A stretch of 63,520 bases of DNA, the filler included, from Saprolegnia diclina VS20 (lineage: Eukaryota), in NCBI RefSeq assembly GCF_000281045.1. It is 5 parts of 4 records of this genome, joined end to end, with 100 filler letters (N's around TTAATTAATTAA, not from the genome) between each part and the next. Parts side by side here need not be neighbours in the genome. Positions count along the whole stretch, not along the records: positions 40,906 to 60,997 come from NW_008246131.1; positions 61,098 to 62,392 come from NW_008246131.1; positions 62,493 to 63,520 come from NW_008246132.1; 2 more parts are not named here. The stretch is one strand, 5' to 3'. The number at the start of each line of letters is the position of its first letter. The stretch's first letter is position 1. Shown one piece after another: positions 58,355-63,520 of the stretch. The position numbers and the translations under genes are program-made. Below the pieces are notes generated by a model. It searched no databases, was not told the origin of the DNA, and saw only the letters and a program-made list of their open reading frames with translations.

Positions 58355-59137
58355 ATGGGCCAAGCCACGTCCAAGCCCGTGGGCGAGCGCCGCGCATTCA
58401 TCGAGTCACTGGCGCTGCTTGTTAGCTACACTGTGTACACGGCCTTTTCGTACTACGTCACGTTCACGTGGTTGGTCCCGCTCGTGGACGGCATGTTTGG
58501 CGATGTGTTTATCCTCGGTGCGCTCTGCCGCGGCTACTCGACGGTCGTCTACTTCGCCTATCTCGGTGTCCTCCTCCCGTACGTCGCTACCGTCGTCTTC
58601 AACAAGGACGAATGTTTCTACCGCATTCCGACGAGCATGGTCTCGGGGCATGGCTCCAACGATACGACCACGTGGCTCATTACTCTTCCATGGCTCGTGG
58701 TGTGGGTCGCGTTTTTCATCCTTGGATGCGTCGTCGCTCCGGAGAAAGGCCGTGCGATACAAGTGACAGCGGCAGTACCCAAGCCGCCAACACCCGTGAA
58801 ACCGGTGGCGCTGCCGCCGCCGCGCCCGATACCACCCCCAGCACAAATGCAAGAAAAGAAGATGTCGCTTGGCGAGAGAATCCTCAGCGCGCTTCTCTCA
58901 CCACTTTTAAACGCTTTTGTGAGCGGCGTTTTGAAGGACATGGAGAAGCGGAGCCTCAAAGCCAATGCAGACCGAGCCGCGTCGTCACGTGGGGCCACGT
59001 CGGCGACGGTTGAGCCACCGGTGCCGACACCAAAGGCGAAGGAGCCCAAGAAACCGCTACGGAAGCGGGTGCTCTCGTGGTTCAAGTCGTCGTCCAAACG
59101 ATCGCAACCCAGCGGCGAAAAGGCGACGACCAAGTGA
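58355..59137 (+). CDS. MGQxxS-initiated multi-TM protein, paralog of 56309
   Basis: MGQATSK; YTVYTAFSYYVTF; YLGVLLPY; TLPW; Pro-rich linker; SLGERILSALL and PLRKRVLSWFKSSSKRS; INR-like TCATTTTGCAAT at 58345 abuts the ATG. Confidence 0.82.
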   Translation: MGQATSKPVGERRAFIESLALLVSYTVYTAFSYYVTFTWLVPLVDGMFGDVFILGALCRGYSTVVYFAYLGVLLPYVATVVFNKDECFYRIPTSMVSGHGSNDTTTWLITLPWLVVWVAFFILGCVVAPEKGRAIQVTAAVPKPPTPVKPVALPPPRPIPPPAQMQEKKMSLGERILSALLSPLLNAFVSGVLKDMEKRSLKANADRAASSRGATSATVEPPVPTPKAKEPKKPLRKRVLSWFKSSSKRSQPSGEKATTK

Positions 59138-60052
59138 CTGCGATCGTTCCCACTCGGTTGCCCGTAGATAGATTGACAGACAGAAAACACTGGGTTATTG
59201 ATTCCGATCAATACACTTGCATTGTACACCTTTGTCTCTTAGCTAGTCATCGAGCCCTGAAGGCCGTGGACGATCCGAGAAGGCGTTGTGATACGATGTC
59301 ATAACACGTATACATTCGTCGATCTTTCTGCTCGTTACGTCCATCCATTGAGGTCTACGTACACTGAGCTGTGACGCAGTCGTTGCAAGGGCACCGCTGA
59401 GAGCACGTAATTTCTTCCCGAACACTACAACGAACGACGAGTCGGATGCCAGGTCGGACTGGACCGGCACTTTTGTCGCAAATCGGGTTGTGACCACAAC
59501 CTCAATAGACACCTCGCGTGACATTGAATGGCCCTCGAGGCGCCAGCAGAACCACGACTGCCGAGCAATCAAGTGTTCTTAATCAAGGCTCTTGATTCAA
59601 AGCCGACAAAAAGGATCAACTGAATACCATCATTCTCGGAGAGTGCAGACCGGTACCGTAGTACTGTACAGCTGCCGTGCACGGAGTCTTGTTGCGCAAG
59701 CTCGGCGCCAAGGCTACTCGGGCCTAATCATTCGGCTCAATCGGGCTTTCGGGGGCGTTCGATCGCATTCCGCTGCTCTCGTCCGCGCAGTTGGGATTGG
59801 AGGCGCCTCGTCGCACTTGCCAGCGACCACAACCCACGATCACCCCGCCCGCCGGATGATGCGCCCGATTGTGCTCCCCTCCACTACCCCCTACTCGTAG
59901 CAGTCCGTTTATTACACTTGATTTTGGTATGTAATATATATTAGGGGTACCTAGAAAATGCAGATTCGGACCCACTCAAATGTCCCAGCGCACCTGCCTC
60001 AGGAAACGTTGAGGGTTGAAGGCGTGAGTAGCTCGACCATTCTGCATCTGCC

Positions 60053-60997
60053 ATGGCCTCACCCTCGTCCAGCCCGCTCACGCTGGGCTATCGCTTCGCG
60101 GCCAAGGGCCTCGACCCCGCGCGCGCGTCGCCCGCCATACCCGTCGTCGCTGTCCTGCTCTACGTCCTCTACTGCGCGCTGGCCTACGTCGTGACCTTTG
60201 ACGTACTCTTGGTCCGGCTCCGGACGCTTCTCGCCTTCGGCGCCGCTCTCGATGCAGTGGCAGTCGCGGCCAAAATCGGCTACGTCTTTGTGGGCATGCC
60301 GATGCTGTACCGCCACATCACGCAGGCCGAAGAGGGCACCGACCACGCGCCGGCGCTCGACGCGTGCCTGCTTCTTCTAGCCCCGTGGGCGCTCCCGCTC
60401 ACCTTTCTCTACGCAGCGACGATGCCGCTCCAGTCGCTCTATGGCCTCTGCAAGCCGCCGCCGCCGGTTCTTGAGAAGCCATCGATCGAGTACCAAGCAA
60501 TGACCGAGTGCAAGGTCTGCCTCGAGTTCTACACGGCCGAGAAGCTGGCTGCGTACTGCGATACGTGCACGACGCCGTGCTGCATCGCGTGCTTCAACAA
60601 CTACCTCGAGCACCGGCTGACGTCCAACGAGACGCTGTGCTGCCCGGGCTGCAAGAACCACCTCTCACCAAACCTCCTCGCCTCCAACGCTATCTCCTTC
60701 GACACACGCGAGGCGTGCGCCGCCCACTGCCTCACGCAGGACGAGCAACGCATTTGTCCTCGCTGTCACCAGTTGGCGCGCAAAGGAAGCCTCCGGAAGC
60801 GCCGGGTCATTTGCGACGCGTGCAAGACCACGTCGTGCGCCGACTGCGGCAAGGACTACCACCTACTGCCGACCTGCCGCGACAAAGCCTTCGAGCGCTA
60901 CTGCCGCGAGACCGGCGTCAAGCGCTGCCCGGGCTGCAGCCGGCTCGTGCAAAAGGCTGATGATGCGTGCGACCACGTAACGTGCGTCAAGTGCCTC
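60053..60997 (+). CDS. Membrane-anchored RBR E3 ubiquitin ligase, 3' end lost in gap
   Basis: TM domain YVLYCALAYVVTF..YVFVGMP..APW; CKVC..CDTC..CCIAC..CPGC; CPRC..KRRVICDAC..CADC..YHLLPTC; KRCPGC..ACDHVTCVKC. Confidence 0.88.
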
Positions 60998-61277
60998 NNN
61001 NNNNNNNNNNNNNNNNNNNNNNNNNNNNNNNNNNNNNNNNNTTAATTAATTAANNNNNNNNNNNNNNNNNNNNNNNNNNNNNNNNNNNNNNNNNNNNTCC
61101 GTGTCCATCGTGGCGTCCGTGGGGCCAACTTTTCGAGATCTGCCGTCGTCTCCGGGAAAACTCCGGCATTTTCCAAAAACCTTTAGTAATCTATACAGCT
61201 AGCCGTATAGATTTGCACGGGTCTACATGCCGAATTTAATGTTCAAATGTGGCATCCAGATCGCGTGCCGCAAGGCA

Positions 61278-62287
61278 GAGTTTTTTTCAAGAGTTACGAC
61301 TTTCGAGCATATTTCTCCAAAAGTTACGACCTGTGGCAAAATATTCAAAATAGTTACGACCTCGACCGGATTGGTAGAAATGCAGTCGAAAGCCAACGAA
61401 TCAAGATGGTGGTCACGCAAATAGTGTTAAAAGTATCTTATGCATTTGTGGCCGCCGATCTCAAGTGCAACTGCGCGTATCGCGATCAAATGCACATGCC
61501 CTGCCGCCATTTGATCCGCGTGCTCGCATCGACCGATCGTCGTCACCGCATCATTGATTGCTTCCACCCGATGTTTCTTTTCGAGAACTACAAGGTCGCA
61601 GTCGAGGGTGTCTCGTACAAGCTGCCGCTCTTCAAGGATGCTACCCAGGAGCCCGTCTTGGCGCCGCTGGTCGAGCGCCGCCAGGGCAGACTAAGCTCAA
61701 GGCGCATTGCCAGCAAGGGTGAGAGTGGCGGCAAAAAGACGGCGGCCAAGCCACGGTCCAGGGTGACGATCGACTTCGACATCGAAACCGGCCATGATTT
61801 CGACGTCGACGGGGACGGTGACGACACAGGGGTGCAGCCACGGACGTACAAGTGCAGCAAGCGTGGGAAGGAAGGCCACAACGCCGCTACGTGCAAGAAG
61901 CGTGCAAACAAGTTGCTTCCAGCTACTTCGAGCGGCAAAAGTTACTTTCGGAACGACGCGGCGCCGACGCCTTTGGCAATGCAAATCGCTAGCATTGTCA
62001 ACCCGACGACCGGGCTCCAGAGCCCGTCGGATTCCGAGTTCGAGTCCGACCCGTCCAGCAACGAGTCCTCGGGCAATGAGTCCGATCACGCTTAGCGACG
62101 GCCTCGGAGGCGGCCACAAATACATAAGATACTTTTAACACTATTTGCGTGACCACCATCTTGATTCGTTGGCTTTCGACTGCATTTCTACCAATCCGGT
62201 CGAGGTCGTAACTATTTTGAATATTTTGCCACAGGTCGTAACTTTTGGAGAAATATGCTCGAAAGTCGTAACTTTTGAAAAAAACTC
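61278..62287 (+). mobile_element. Non-autonomous Mutator-like (MULE) DNA transposon with 179-bp TIRs carrying a transposase C-terminal fragment
   Basis: TIRs 61278-61456 and 62109-62287, 2 mismatches by eye, GAG...CTC ends; internal SWIM finger CNC..MPCRH and zinc knuckle YKCSK(R)GKEGHNAATC; no DDE core. Confidence 0.9.
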
Positions 62288-62492
62288 GAAGCCCAAGGAC
62301 AAGCACCGGCGTTGTTCCAGAAGGTTGATCATACATGTGCTCGTAAGCATCTGTGCCGAGCCACCAGCGTAAGCGCAGGAATTACCACTTGGNNNNNNNN
62401 NNNNNNNNNNNNNNNNNNNNNNNNNNNNNNNNNNNNTTAATTAATTAANNNNNNNNNNNNNNNNNNNNNNNNNNNNNNNNNNNNNNNNNNNN

Positions 62493-63520
62493 CACCGATG
62501 ACGTGGAAGGAGCACATCTACGCGGCGAGTGGCTCTCTCTTGTGTCCCGACCAGCGAAGCTTGTACCTCACAAAGGTTACTTCCATCCTCGTTGTTGACG
62601 CCTATCAAAGAGCCTGCGCTTCGTCGTATTCAGTCTTAAGCTTTGTACCGTCGCGCAACCACATTCTCTTTGCCGTGCTACTTGCCGATATCGATACGAC
62701 GACCAACATCACGTCGATTTGTCTTTGCGAAAGCCGCGGCAGGCATCACATATGTGATGCCCAAATCCGCGCAGCGCTGGCCTTTCGTCCATACCTTCCG
62801 ACACTGCCCCACTGGCGTCCATCCCTCTACGCATCGATTGACAACCTGCAGATTGAATGGCTTCAGTTTGGCATGACCAATGAGACGGCACCGATTGACC
62901 TCTTCCATCTCCCAGTGCTCGACCCATCGGACCCGAGTTTTGACTACTTTGCGTGGCTCTTCCTCTACGACTGGGCACTCGGTTCCCGAGAAGTCATTTC
63001 ATTTCAAGGTGACTTCAGTACTTTAGCCTTTATGGGCGACACCTTGCCTCAGCTGTCACAACCCGTCGACAATGCGCAGCTGCCAACTGTCTTTGCTCTC
63101 TACGCACTCCAAGCCATCCGATACGTCACCTACGTCATGATCATGCTCGCAGCCGTGACGTTTGTGTACATTTTACTATCGCGAGGCCACGTCGAGGGTC
63201 TCAACATGTTTGAAATGAGTCGCGTCGGCGGCATCGTCTGGGTCGGTCGACCATTGGTCGCGCTCCGGAGTATCACGGCTCTCTGTCTTCTCTCGACAGC
63301 CTCCATTGAGCTCCAAACTGACGGCGTCGTCAGCTACTTTGTCACGACACCCGTCCCGCTCTGAACAACGTGTCTCGCAGCCAATGAAGTCACGTGGCTT
63401 GTCGGTATCGTCAACGACATCTCGCTCGTCTGGACGCAAGACCACACGATCGCGTACGCCACCATCAACAGTCTGCTCATGTGGCTCATCTCGGCGCTGC
63501 TGGCGACACTGGCGCCGGTC
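62493..63520 (+). pseudogene. Member of a large Saprolegniales multi-TM hypothetical protein family, partial, with an in-frame TGA
   Basis: FAWLFLYDWALGSREVISFQGD, EGLNMFEMSRVGGIVWVGRP..LRSITALCLLST; the frame continues after TGA 63362-63364 as TTCLAANEVTWLVGIVND. Confidence 0.75.

Noticed and set aside
61292..61360. 30-bp-period repeats as a CRISPR-like array
   Set aside because: Only 9-bp repeats, mirrored in the opposite TIR, eukaryotic context and no cas genes; explained as transposon subterminal motifs
57226..63364. Possible TGA=Trp or selenocysteine recoding suggested by two in-frame TGAs
   Set aside because: TGA is the true stop of intact genes here (GNPAT after AKL, cathepsin, BLMH); the 57169 gene also has a frameshift; no Sec-type context

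Overview
Gene-dense, GC-rich eukaryotic scaffold with very short (about 40-70 nt) GT-AG introns, oomycete-type INR/FPR core promoters and Saprolegniales-type ankyrin and multi-TM families. It is most likely a saprolegnian oomycete (Achlya/Saprolegnia-like; inference). About 35 genes or gene remnants are supported. Housekeeping genes include FKBP12, GH47 mannosidase, a Cdc15/SepH-like kinase, cathepsin Z-like and bleomycin-hydrolase proteases, peroxisomal DHAP acyltransferase, SUMO, ALG14, TRAPPC2, RPS19/NOP58 and TrmO. Cilium-associated genes include KATNIP, TOGARAM, a CEP164-like WW protein and a QRICH2/C16orf96-like protein. The right end is an accessory region with ankyrin genes, a modular family of membrane-anchored RBR ubiquitin ligases with ligase-less paralogs, pseudogenes and a non-autonomous Mutator-like element with 179-bp TIRs. 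Most notable: (1) a katanin-p60-type MIT domain without an AAA domain that appears spliced onto the N-terminus of KATNIP; (2) the RBR cluster, in which the same TM domain occurs either fused to an RBR ligase or alone with an N-myristoylation-type start; (3) an RFxV + leucine-zipper protein resembling TSC22D; (4) an H/ACA-like structured RNA candidate in an oversized RPS19 5'UTR intron. Exon boundaries were read by eye and no database searches were run. Six N-gaps are present, four containing an artificial TTAATTAATTAA linker.
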